Source: Macrostomum lignano
Lineage: Eukaryota
Length of the DNA stretch: 64,000 bases
NCBI GenBank assembly: GCA_002269645.1
Contig: NIVC01001100.1
Span: forward strand, 186,001-250,000
Direction of reading: 5' to 3'
Made by a program: the position numbers and the translations under genes. A model generated the notes under the pieces. The model was given only the letters and a program-made list of their open reading frames with translations, did not search any database and had not been told where the DNA came from. Of this stretch, positions 1 to 12,700 are shown piece after piece; positions within the stretch are counted from its first letter, which is position 1; the number at the start of each line of letters is the position of its first letter.

Positions 1-1142
1 CCCGGTAAAGTTGTGGTGACCCCGTCGCACGCTGCTCAATTGCTCACTCTATTGATAAAGATTTGATCAATGCCATCAGTGAGGCTAGGCAGTTTATAGG
101 GCAGAGAATGTCCTTTAGAGAGCATGTTCGAGTGTACGCAGCAGCAGTTGCCCTTGTATATGGTTTCAGAGAACAGCGCGAATTTCGTGTACAATGCTTG
201 TAGACCTGGGGACAGTGCTATGAAGCTCGGATTAGGAGTCAAGTGTCTCCTAACTCTTGATGCAGCAGCGCGTGCTAAGAAGAAGGAGCAAATTCTGGGA
301 GTTAGAAGTGAATGAGGCCACGTTAGGGGTGAACTTAAAAAAGTGAGCGTATTATAAAACTAGGACTAAATATTCCACTCCTAACTGCTAAGCCAAGCGT
401 TCAAGAGCCAATGGACTCTCCAAGATCAATCAAGAATAAGTCGTAGAGCATAAGAGACTGCACAAGGCTGCAAATCAACTTAGACTTGATTTAGATTGCG
501 TAACCATATTGTTAATTGCTATGACTTCTTCTCTAGAGGAAGACAGTAAGACAAGATCAACAATGGTGGATTGTATATAGTAGGTAACCTCGTGAAATAA
601 TGGCCAAACGCGAGTGCGCTAACGCACAGCGATGGTTCAATGAAAAATTTTTTAGCGGTCATTTCAGCCTATTTGAGTTTCGCGCGGCCATTGTTTCAGG
701 CTAGCGAGGGCGGCCATTATTCAGCCCAACTGAAGGGACAGCTGGGTTGATTTGACCATAGACTATAAGAAACAGTATAGACTTGAACCAAGTGGTGTTT
801 GGAACTTTGCATAAATGATCAAGAATTCAGACTTTAGTTGAAGTTTGGTCCCTAAAGCTTTCTGCTTTTTAACAGTTATTTTTATTTTTTATTATGGTGC
901 TTATTACCTGGTCCAATCTTCCATTGGACAGCCTAAACGAAGTGAGTAGCAATGAATTAGAGTTTCTTTCTGAGATAAGTTTAAACGAGCATCAAAATGA
1001 CACCGGCTTGAGCGAGTTCATCAGCTGGATTGAAAATCCTGCGGCTGAGTCTGCAGACCTGCCCGAGCTGCCTATCGACGAAGATGCAATCTGCTCAATA
1101 TTGCCCTTGTAGTACCTCAGTAGTACCTCAGGTACTGCTTCT

Positions 1143-1499
1143 GTCGTGCAGGCAGTTGTCGTGCAGGCAGTTGTGCAGTCAGTTGTCGTGCAGGCAGTTG
1201 TCGTGCAGGCAGTTGTCGTGTTGTCGTGCAGGCAGTTGTCGTGCAGTCAGTTATCGTGCAGGCAGTTATCGTGCAGGCAGTTGTCGTGCAGGCAGTTGTC
1301 GTGTTGTCGTGCAGGCAGTTGTCGTGCAGGCAGTTGTCGTGCAGGCAGTTGTCGTGCAGGCAGTTGTCGTGTTGTCGTGCAGGCAGTTGTCGTGTTGTCG
1401 TGCAGGCAGTTGTCGTGTTGTCGTGCAGGCAGTTGTCGTGCAGGCAGTTGTCGTGCAGGCAGTTGTCGTGCAGGCAGTTGTCGTGCAGACACTTGTCGT
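1143..1499. repeat. 15-bp minisatellite (GTCGTGCAGGCAGTT)n with 9-bp GTCGTGTT variants
   Basis: Direct tandem repeat; it accounts for the SCRQL/VVQAV ORFs. Confidence 0.95.
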
Positions 1500-2313
1500 A
1501 GAAGTAGAACTATCTAAATTTGGGGGATCTGGAACGAGGTTGCTCTGAAAAAAACTTCCGCCCCCCCCCGAAGACAGGTGGCCTAATCTAAGGAAAAATC
1601 CTCCTGACTACACATTAGCATACCCGTGTCCGTCCCAAAAATTTAAATGAGAGAGAGAGAGAGAAGGCTGTGACAAAAAATAAATGGGTAAGCTTCACAA
1701 ACGTCCTCCAGCACAATGTCTGGCAAAATTGCGCAGGTCTTGCACGGCAGCAAGGCACAAGAAGGGTTAGGAAGCGGGTGGTGACTGGTTCTGTGCAAAG
1801 TTCGAGGCATTTTGTCTCCTTCTTTCTTCCTTACTTTTTGCTAGCATAACAATAGCTTATAGCTAAAAACCTAAAGAACTGTGGAGTGTGGAGGCAGGAC
1901 AAGGTTAGGTTGTGAGCTCTGAGTTGCCGCACCGAACTCCGCTCGCACCAGCAAAATCTTAGACGGCTGAGACTGCTAGACGTTCTATCGTTCAGAGGAG
2001 ACCAGCCGCCAGAGGAGACACAAGTCTGGCAGCTTGGGGGGGGGGGTGGCAGAGGAGACTTCCAGTCCGCTTTGTCTGAGTCGGGTTGGTTCAGTGCAGC
2101 CCGCGCCATTGTGCGTAGCTTCTGTCTCGCCTAGCCATACACTTTTAAGGCTGCATGCGTAACAAGAAGCTTCTAGAAGCAGCTCTTCGGCTGTCTGCCG
2201 AGTTTCTCTCTGGTTTGGACTGAGCAGTTAACACCTAAACTTCTTGTCGGTCACTCGGTACATTCGAAACTCGACTGGCTGCTCAGCTTGCTGTTTATTC
2301 GTGCTGAAAACGG

Positions 2314-2773
<460 letters not shown>

Positions 2774-2913
2774 ATTTTAGCTATGAAATATTTTCATAAA
2801 GTTTTAATTTTTGTGGCCACAAGATAGATAGATGTAACGCCTCGGGCAACCTTTTGTTGGAGTTTTTCATCTTCTTATTTTTTGCCCCGGCATTGATATT
2901 AGACTGCTTTCAG

Positions 2914-3000
2914 AAGAGGTGCAATAGAATCTCTTCTCTTTTGAGCTCGTGTACTCGTAGCAGCTCGCTGTGGCCCAGCGCGCGTGAATCTCAGACTGAG
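2914..3000 (+). CDS. Possible additional upstream exon of the plakin gene (KRCNRISS...RESQTE)
   Basis: TTTCAG acceptor, open frame, phase 0 at both ends, weak GTTGCC donor; no recognisable motif. Confidence 0.3.
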
Positions 3001-3766
3001 GTTGCCGGCGGGGACAGGCTTGGAAAAGGATTGTAACAGGTGGTATGTCTGGATTTTATGGAGTATTACCGAGCACGGTTGAGGGACAATGGACAGAAAC
3101 TCTGGCTGTGGCGAACGTATAAATACAGACGGCGATCTAATTTAGCAAATTTTCTAAGGCGCCTGAAAGAGAATTTTTCCTATTCGATTCTAGCATCAAA
3201 GACAAGCACTAGGTCTACTGAGATAAAATTATCCAATAGGGTTGTTCTGATACATTATTTTGCTATTTTGGTTTATCTATCAAAGAAACTAAGAAACTCC
3301 ATCAGGTTGCCAATTAGGTAAGTCCTGGCTGCACACAGTTGTTTGAGCCTGAGAAAGACTTATTTCTCGGTACATGAAGAGCAACTCCATCATGAAATCT
3401 GTCCAAACTCACCCTCAATATGCTAGTTCAATCGAAGTCTCCTGCTGTGTATTTATAATGGCCCTCTCTCTTTAAATGAATCTCGTACTCCAGTAAGAGT
3501 TGAGTAGCTTGAGGAATGCCAAGTTTTTGGGCTTTAGAACAGAAATTTCACTTGGAGCCAAAATGAGAACATCGATGGACTGTCTCGGCTTTTCCGTTGG
3601 ACTGGTCTGGCAAGTTGCCGATTGCTTCAGGCTCCGCTCCAGAGCCCTCAGTTGACATCTCCTCTATTGGCTTTTGAGGCTCCTGGAGTAAACTTTTGGA
3701 TAGTGCTTCTTTTGTTTCAGCCAATGATGTTTGTGTCAATAGGGGACACCAACTATTCATCCGCAG

Positions 3767-6700
3767 GTGAATTCGGTCAAGATGTCGTTCATGCTGGCGG
3801 CGCATCAGCAGGAGGTTGAGAAATGGCTGCAGGACAACCGAGATGACGTGGAGTCAGCCGCCATCGGCTGCACTCACCAGGCGCTGCTGGTTCAGCAAAC
3901 CAAGCAGGCGGTCCTGCTGGAGGAGATCCAAGCGCTTGAGAGCAGGCTGGACGAGTCCAACAAGTCAGCGGCAGCGTCCCTCACCAAGCTGAAGGCAATG
4001 GAGAGTCAGATTGGCGTGAACCAGCAGGCGCTGACTTACCTTCAGCAGGTGACGTCGCTTGAGACGGCATTCGTGTCCACGGGTCAGAAAGTGATGGAGA
4101 AGGCACTGCAGATGTCCAAAGTGACCGATGGAGTCGTCCTGGAAGCTAAGAAGGTGAGAAAAGAGCCTTCATTTTATTGACAGTACATGAACGAGTCAAG
4201 GACAACTGAAGCAACGTCTATACAGGACGCTGCACTCGAAATCGATGGAAAATGTTTTGAAGGCCACTTTTTGCCGAAAAATACACTACGGAGATAGGAA
4301 GTTTTAATTTTTTAAGCTTTAGCTTCAGCTTCGTGCAGAAAATTAGAATTTACTAGCAATCTAGTGCGGCCCCCCTTCGGGGCGCCCAATAAGAAAGGAG
4401 CAAAAATAGTTCATGGAAAACAATAAAAAAACACATTTTCTTAAACACTAATTCCTTCTTCACATTTTAAAAATCACCTTATTCGTGTAAAATTGTCACG
4501 GACTAAGATGTTTGCAAAATTAAAAAATCACTTTTTCTCTAAAATTAACAAACAGTCAACAAAATATCGTTTCACTAAATAGAAAATATTCCCAAGACAG
4601 CAAGCAACCCCCTCCAAAAGTGAACAATCGCAGATAGCAAGCATCCTCTAATGCTCATAGCAAGAATCACCACAGATAGCAAGCATCTGCAGATTAGCAA
4701 GCACCCCCCAGATATTATAGAAGCATCCACCCAGATAGCAAGCATCCTGCAGATAGCAAGAATCCCTAAATAGCAAGCATCCTGCAGATAGCAAGAATCC
4801 CTGAATAGCAAGCATCCCTGGATAGAAAGAATCCCATGCATGTAGCCAGTACCCCCTCTCCCAAATAGCAAGTATCCCCCCTCGAGAGCAAGCATCCACG
4901 AGACAGCAAGTAGCTAGTGCAAATGTTACTTCCGCTAATGCAATAATCGCTTTCTCAGGTTGTGCAACAATCCACGTCTCAGCGAGCGCAATAATCTCTT
5001 TTTTAGACAGCGCAGTAATCAGCTTCTCAGCTAGTGCAATAATCCTTGGTTTATTAATAGCAATAATCCTTGATTAATCAAGTGCAATAATCCTTGGTTT
5101 ATCAAGTGCAATAATACTTGGTTTATCAAGTGCAGTAATCTTTGGCTTATCAAGTGCAATAATCCTTGGTTTATCAAGTGCAATAATCCTTTGTTTATCA
5201 AGTGCAATAATCCTTGGTTTATCAAGTGCAATAATCCTTGGTTTATCAAGTGCAATAATCCTTGGTTTATCAAGTGCAATAATCCTTGGTTTATCAAGTG
5301 CAATAATCCTTGGCTTATCAACTGCAATAATCCTTGGTTTATCAAGTGCAATATTTGTTTATCAAGTGCAATAATCCTTGGTTTATCAAGTGAAATAATC
5401 CTTGGTTTATCAAGTGCAATAATCCTTGGCTTATCAACTGCAATAATCCTTGGTTTATCAAGCGCAGTAATCTTTGGCCTATCAAGTGCAATAATCCTTG
5501 GTTTATCAAGTGCAGTAATCCTTGGCCTATCAAGTGCAATAATCCTTGGTTTATTAAGTGCAATAATCCTTGGTTTATCAAGTGCAATAATCCTTGGTTT
5601 ATCTAGCGCAGTAATCCTTGGCTTATCAGGTGCAATAATCCTTGGTTTATCAAGTGCAATATTTGTTTATCAAGTGCAATAATCCTTGGTTTATCAAGTG
5701 AAATAATCCTTGGTTTATCAAGTGCAATAATCCTTGGCTTATCAACTGCAATAATCCTTGGTTTATCAAGCGCAGTAATCTTTGGCCTATCAAGTGCAAT
5801 AATCCTTGGTTTATCAAGTGCAATAATCCTTGGTTTATCAAGTGCAATAATCCTTGGCTTATCAACTGCAATAATCCTTGGTTTATCAAGTGCAATAGTC
5901 CTTGGTTTATCAAGCGCAGTAATCCTTGGCCTATCAAGTGCAATAATCCTTGGCTTATCAAGTGCAATAATCCTTGGTTTATCAAGTGCAATAATCCTTG
6001 GTTTATCAAGTGCAGTAATCCTTGGCCTATCAAGTGCAATAATCCTTGGTTTGCCAAGAGCAATAATCCTTAGTTTATCGAGTGCAGTAATCCTTAGTTT
6101 TCCAAGTGCAGTAATCCTTGGTTTATTAAGAGCAATAATCCTTGGCTTATCGAGTGCAGTAATCCTTGGTTTGCCAAGAGCAATAATCCTTGGTTTATCA
6201 AGTGCAATAATCCTTGGTTTATCAAGTGCAATAATCCTTGGTTTATCAAGTGCAATAATCCTTGGTTTATCAGATGCAATAATCCTTGGCTTATCAACTG
6301 CAATAATCCTTGGTTTATCAGATGCAATAATCCTTGGCTTATCAACTGCAATAATCCTTGGTTTATCAAGTGCAATAATCCTTGGTTTATCAAGCGCAGT
6401 AATCTTTGGCCTATCAAGTGCAATAATCCTTGGTTTATCAAGTGCAATAATCCTTGGTTTATCAAGTGCAATAATCTTTGGTTTATCAGATGCAATAATC
6501 CTTGGCTTATCAACTGCAATAATCCTTGGTTTATCAAGTGCAATAATCCTTGGCTTATCAAGTGCAATAATCCTTGGTTTATCAAGCGCAGTAATCTTTG
6601 GCCTATCAAGTGCAATAATCCTTGGTTTATCAAGTGCAGTAATCCTTGGCCTATCAAGTGCAATAATCCTTGGTTTATCAAGTGCAATAGTCTTTGGTTT

Positions 6701-9700
6701 ATCGAGTGCAGTAATCCTTAGTTTTCCAAGTGCAGTAATCCTTGGTTTATTAAGAGCAATAATCCTTGGTTTATCGAGTGCAGTAGTCCTTGGTTTATTA
6801 ATATCAATAATCCTTGAATAATCCAGTGCATTAATCCTTGGCTTATCAAGTGCAACATTCTTTACTATCAAGTGCAATAATCCATGGCTTATCAAGTGCA
6901 ATAATCCTTGGCTTATCAAGTGCAATAATCCTTGGTTTATCAAGTGCAGTAATCCTTTGTTTATCAAGTGCAATAATCCTTTGTTTATCAAGTGCAATAA
7001 TCCTTTGTTTATCAAGTGCAATAATCCTTGGTTTATCAAGCGCAGTAATCCTTGGCTTATCAAGTGCAATAATCCTTGGTTTATCAAGTGCAATAATCCT
7101 TGGTTTATCAAGCGCAGTAATCTTTGGCCTATCAAGTGCAATAGTCCTTGGTTTATCGAGTGCAGTAATCCTTGGTTTTCCAAGTGCAATAATCCTTGGC
7201 TTCTTGAGTGCAGTAATCCTTGGTTTGCCAAGAGCAATAGTCCTTGGTTTAATCGAGTGCAGTAATCCTTGGTTTGCCAAGAGCAATAGTCCTTGGTTTA
7301 TCGAGTGCATTAATCCTTGGTTTTCCAAGTGCAATAATTCTTGGCTTCTTGAGTGCAGTAATCCTTGGTTTGCCAAGAGCAATAGTCCTTGGTTTATCGA
7401 GTGCAGTAATCCTTGGTTTTCCAAGTGCCGTTATCCTTGGTTTATTAATAGCAATAATCCTTGATTAATCAAGTGCAGTAATCTTTGGTTTGCCAAGAGC
7501 AATAGTCCTTGGTTTATCGAGTGCAGTAGTCCTTGGTTTATTAATAGCAATAATCCTTGGCTTATCGAGTGCAGTAATCTAAGTGTTTTTATTTAGTCCT
7601 TTAAAATAAAACCTTTTAATAAAAAATTTTACACTACTACTTTTAAACTACTTAGATTCGAACCTAGGTCGCTGCATTAGCAGTCTGGTCTGTTCAGCTC
7701 TAGGCTAGCTCTCATCGAAGTTATCAGTGATGTTGTACCACTTATATAATTCAACACTCACACCAAGTCAGGTAGAGTAAAAAGTCTCACGAAGCAGTTA
7801 TGACATAATCAATTTCTTAGGCAAGTCAGTACCAGTGTCTATGAAAGTTTACAATATGGTTACGTAATATAAATTCAGTACTGCGCTATGCTTTCACACT
7901 CAAAGCTGTGACGCAATTCAATTGAGTGTCAAATTCAGCCAGTACACAGACGATAAATAAAGTGTATTGTGATGCAATCTATTTCAGAATCAGAATTCAA
8001 CCAGTCAGTTTTTCTGCTAGCATTCTTACGATGCATTTCAAGTCGAAAGAGCTGCTTGACCTTTGCAAAAAAGCATGTTTTTCGAATATTTAATCCCTTT
8101 AGCATCAAGCAATTTCTTAGCCACGATGCATGTACTGTCACGGGAAAATTTCTGATCGAACAGTGCAAGTTCGAAGAAAATCGGTTGAGCCGTTTTTGCT
8201 AAAATCGATCACACACACACACATACCGACAGACCATTTTTAGTATATTGGACTAGCAATCTACGCCCCCGTTGGGGAGCCAAAGAAATGCAATACACGT
8301 TTTTTTAATAAGCTACATGTAGCCTTGAAATCTTAAAAAATCTACTGTCAAACTTCTAACCCTAACCAAAACCCTAAATTCAATATTCTGTCTATGAGTT
8401 TTTGCATGATCGATGCTTCTATGATTTTTGGCATGACGCTTCCATTGTTTTTGCATGACGCTTCCATTATTTTTGCATGATGCTTCCATGATAAACATTC
8501 TTAATAAGGTACATGAGCTAAGTTATAAGCTCCTTAACCCTAACCCTAACCCAAATCTTAACATAATAACCCTGAACCTAACCTTAAACCTAAACCCTAA
8601 TACCAACCCTAACACTAACCCTACAGCCTGACATCTGCATAAGTTTGTGAAGTGCTAGTAGTATTTTTTAGCTTAGTATCTTAGCGTTAGGGAGCCAAAA
8701 ATGCAGTACAAGTTTTGTAATAAACTACATGTAGCATCTCTTAGCAACATACCTCAGAATTGTCCCTTGTAAGCCTTGAAATGTCAGTAATTCCCCCCAC
8801 AAGCTTTAACAAATCAACTTCCCCCTTGACATCTCAGCGATGCCCCCAAAAAGCCTTGAAATCTAAAAAAATCTGTCAACCTTCTAACCCTAACCCTAAC
8901 CCTAGCCCAACCCTAACCCTAACCCTAACCCTAACCCTAACCCTAACCTAACCCTAAAGCATTGAAATTTCAGTTTTCTGAGTCATTATAGCACTACTAC
9001 AGCATTATAGCGATTCCCTGCAAGCCTCGACATCGTAGGGATTCCCAAATGAATCTCTTAACTTCGACATGAAGCTTCTTTTATTTTTACATTACGCTTT
9101 TCTATCAGCGAGCCCTGAGGAGTCAACAAATAATGTAATAAAAAGTTTTCAATAAACTACATGTAGCTTCTGACTTAAGCCTTGAAATCTCATTTATACC
9201 CCGTGAGCCTTGACATGTCAGCGATGCCCCCATAAATCTTGAAATCTAAAAAATCCCTTGTTAACCTTGAAACCCGATAAAATATAACCCCCAACCCACA
9301 CTTGACCTAAACCTAACTTTAACCCAACCTAAAGCCTTGAAATCTCAGCAATTCTTCTCCCCTAAGCCTTGGAATTTTAGTGATTCCTTCTTTAAGAATC
9401 ACAGCACTATAACGATTTCCACCAAGCTTTGACATCGTAGCAATTCCCAAATGAATCTTTTAACTTCGACATGACTTTTCTTTTATGTATACTTAGTGCT
9501 ACTTTTATTTTTTACATGACTCTTCTTCTATCAGCGCCTCCCCCGTGGCGAGCCAACAAAGAATGTAATAAAAAATTGAGTAAAGTACATGAACTTTGAA
9601 GTAGCTTCTAACTTTTGCTTTGACATCTCAGAAACCCCCCCTGTAATCTCAGTTATTCTCTGTGAGCCTTGACGTCTCAGTAATTCTCCCCAGCACAGCA

Positions 9701-12700
9701 TTATAGCTGCATTTAATTTTTACATGACACCTTCATGTCTGACATGACGCTTCCTTTATTCTACCATGATGCTTCTTAATTTTTTAAATGACACTTTCAT
9801 TAGTCTTTAAATGAGGCTTCTATGATTTTTCATGACGCTTCTATGATTTTTACATGATGCTTCTATGATTGTTTATATGACGCTTCTATGCTTTTTACAT
9901 GACGCTTCTATGATTGTCTACATGACGCTTCTATGCTTTTTCCATGACGCTTCTATGATTTTTTACATGACGCTTCTATGCTTTTTAGATGACGCTTCTA
10001 TGATTGTTTATATGACGCTTCTATGGTTTTTACATGACGCTTCTATGATTTTTTACATGACGCTTCTATGATTGTCTACATGACGCTTCTATGATTGTCT
10101 ACATGACGCTTCTATGCTTTTTCCATGACGCTTCTATGATTGTTTACATGACGCTTCTATGCTTTTTAGATGACGCTTCTATGATTGTTTATATGACGCT
10201 TCTATGCTTTTTACATGATGCTTCTATGATTGTTTATATGACGCTTCTATGCTTTTTACATGACGCTTCTATGATTGTCTACATGACGCTTCTATGCTTT
10301 TTCCATGACGCTTCTATGATTGTTTACATGACGCTTCTATGCTTTTTAGATGACGCTTCTATGATTGTTTATATGACGCTTCTATGATTTTTACATGACG
10401 CTTCTATGATTTTTTACATGACGCTACTATGATTTTTACATGACGCTTCTATGATTTTTTACATGACGCTTCTATGATTGTCTACATGACGCTTCTATGC
10501 TTTTTCCATGACGCTTCTATGATTGTTTACATGACGCTTCTATGCTTTTTAGATGACGCTTCTATGATTGTTTATATGACGCTTCTATGATTTTTACATG
10601 ACGCTTCTATGATTTTTTTACATGACGCTACTATGATTTTTACATGACGCTTCTATGATTTTTTATATGACGCTTCTATGATTGTTTATATGACGTTTCT
10701 ATGCTTTTTATATGACGCTTTTTTATGGTTGTTTACACGACGCTTCTATGATTGTTTACATGACGCTTCTATGATTTTTTACATGACGCTTCTTTGATTT
10801 TTACATGACGCTTCTATGATTGTTTACATGACGCTTCTATGATGTTTATATGACGCTTCTATGATTTTTTAAATGACGCTTCTATGATTTTTACATGACG
10901 CTTCTATGATTGTTTACATGACGCTTCTATGATTTTTACATGACGCTTCTATGATGTTTATATGACGTTTCTATGCTTTTTACATGACGCTTCTTCGATT
11001 TTTTACATTACGCTTCTATGATTGTTTACATAACGCTTCTATGATTTTTTACATAACGCTTTTTATGATTGTTTACACGACGCTTCTATGATTGTTTACA
11101 TGACGCTTCTATGATTGTTTACATGACGCTTCTATGATTGTTTACATGACGCTTCTTTGATTTTTACATGACGCTTCTATAATTGTTTACATGACGCTTC
11201 TATGATGTTTATATGACGCTTCTATGATTTTTTACATGACGCTTCTATGATTTTTACATGACGCTTCTATGATGTTTACATGACGCTTCTATGATTTTTT
11301 TAAATGACGCTTCCATGATTGTTTACATGACGCTTCTATGATTTTTACATGACGCTTCTATGATTTTTACATGACGCTTCTATGATTGTTTACATGACGC
11401 TTCTATGATCGTTTATATGACGCTTCTATGATTGTTTATATGACGCTTTTATGATTTTTTACATGACGCTTCTATGACTTTTTAGATGACGCTTCTATGA
11501 TTGTTTACATGACGCTTCTTTGATTTTTACATGACGCTTCTATGATTGTTTACATGACGCTTCTATGATTTTTACATGACGCTTCTATGATTGTTTACAT
11601 GACGCTTCTATGATTTTTACATGACGCTTCTATGATTTTTACATGACGCTTCTATGATTTTTACATGACGCTTCTATGATTGTTTACATGACGCTTCTAT
11701 GATTTTTTACATAACGCTTTTTTATGATTGTTTACACGACGCTTCTATGATTGTTTACATGACGCATCTATGATTGTTTACATGACGCTTCTATGATTTT
11801 TTACATGACGCTTCTTTGATTTTTACATGACGCTTCTATGATTGTTTACATGACGCTTCTATGATGTTTATATGACGCTTCTATGATTTTTTAAATGACG
11901 CTTCTATGATTTTTACATGACGCTTCTATGATGTTTATATGACGTTTCTATGCTTTTTACATGACGCTTCTTCAATTTTTTACATTACGCTTCTATGATT
12001 GTTTACATAACGCTTCTATGATTTTTTACATAACGTTTTTTATAATTGTTTACACGACGCTTCTATGATTGTTTACATGACGCTTCTATGATTGTTTACA
12101 TGACGCTTCTATGATTGTTTACATGACGCTTCTTTGATTTTTACATGACGCTTCTATAATTGTTTACATGACGCTTCTATGATGTTTATATGACGCTTTT
12201 ATGATTTTTTACATGACGCTTCTATGATTTTTACATGACGCTTCTATGATGTTTACATGACGCTTCTATGATTTTTTAAATGACGCTTCCATGATTGTTT
12301 ACATGACGCTTCTATGATTTTTACATGACGCTTCTATGATTTTTACATGACGCTTCTATGATTGTTTACATGACGCTTCTATGATCGTTTATATGACGCT
12401 TCTATGATTGTTTATATGACGCTTTATGATTTTTTACATGACGCTTCTATGACTTTTTAGATGACGCTTCTATGATTGTTTACATGACGCTTCTATGATT
12501 TTTACATGACGCTTCTATGATTGTTTACATGACGCTTCTATGATTTTTACATGACGCTTCTATGATTTTTACATGACGCTTCTATGATTTTTACATGACG
12601 CTTCTATGATTTTTACATGACGCTTCTATGATTGTTTACATGACGCTTCTATGATCGTTTATATGACGCTTTTATGATTGTTTATATGACGCTTTTATGA

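Larger units (their letters stand above)
4353..8252 (-). mobile_element. Non-autonomous Helitron A carrying a 24-bp satellite
   Basis: Minus strand begins TCCAATATACTAAAAATGG (8252) and ends with a GC hairpin (4369-4385) then CTAG (4353) followed by T. The 5' arm 7580-8252 is homologous to 14380-14966 and 59590-60722. Confidence 0.8.

Noticed and set aside
1-1112. Possible tyrosine-recombinase remnant (NACRPG) and a 72-aa acidic ORF at 894-1112
   Set aside because: A single short motif among stops and frameshifts; cannot be supported without a profile search.
1560-2300. Possible transposase or endonuclease Cys motif (CKTC) on the minus strand
   Set aside because: No continuous frame or second motif.
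5031-7468. Long ORFs (up to 544 aa) on both strands
   Set aside because: By-product of a 24-bp stop-free satellite inside a Helitron within an intron; no splice context.
8884-8955. Chromosome end or telomere fusion site
   Set aside because: Short, embedded in a dispersed element and flanked by intact gene structure.
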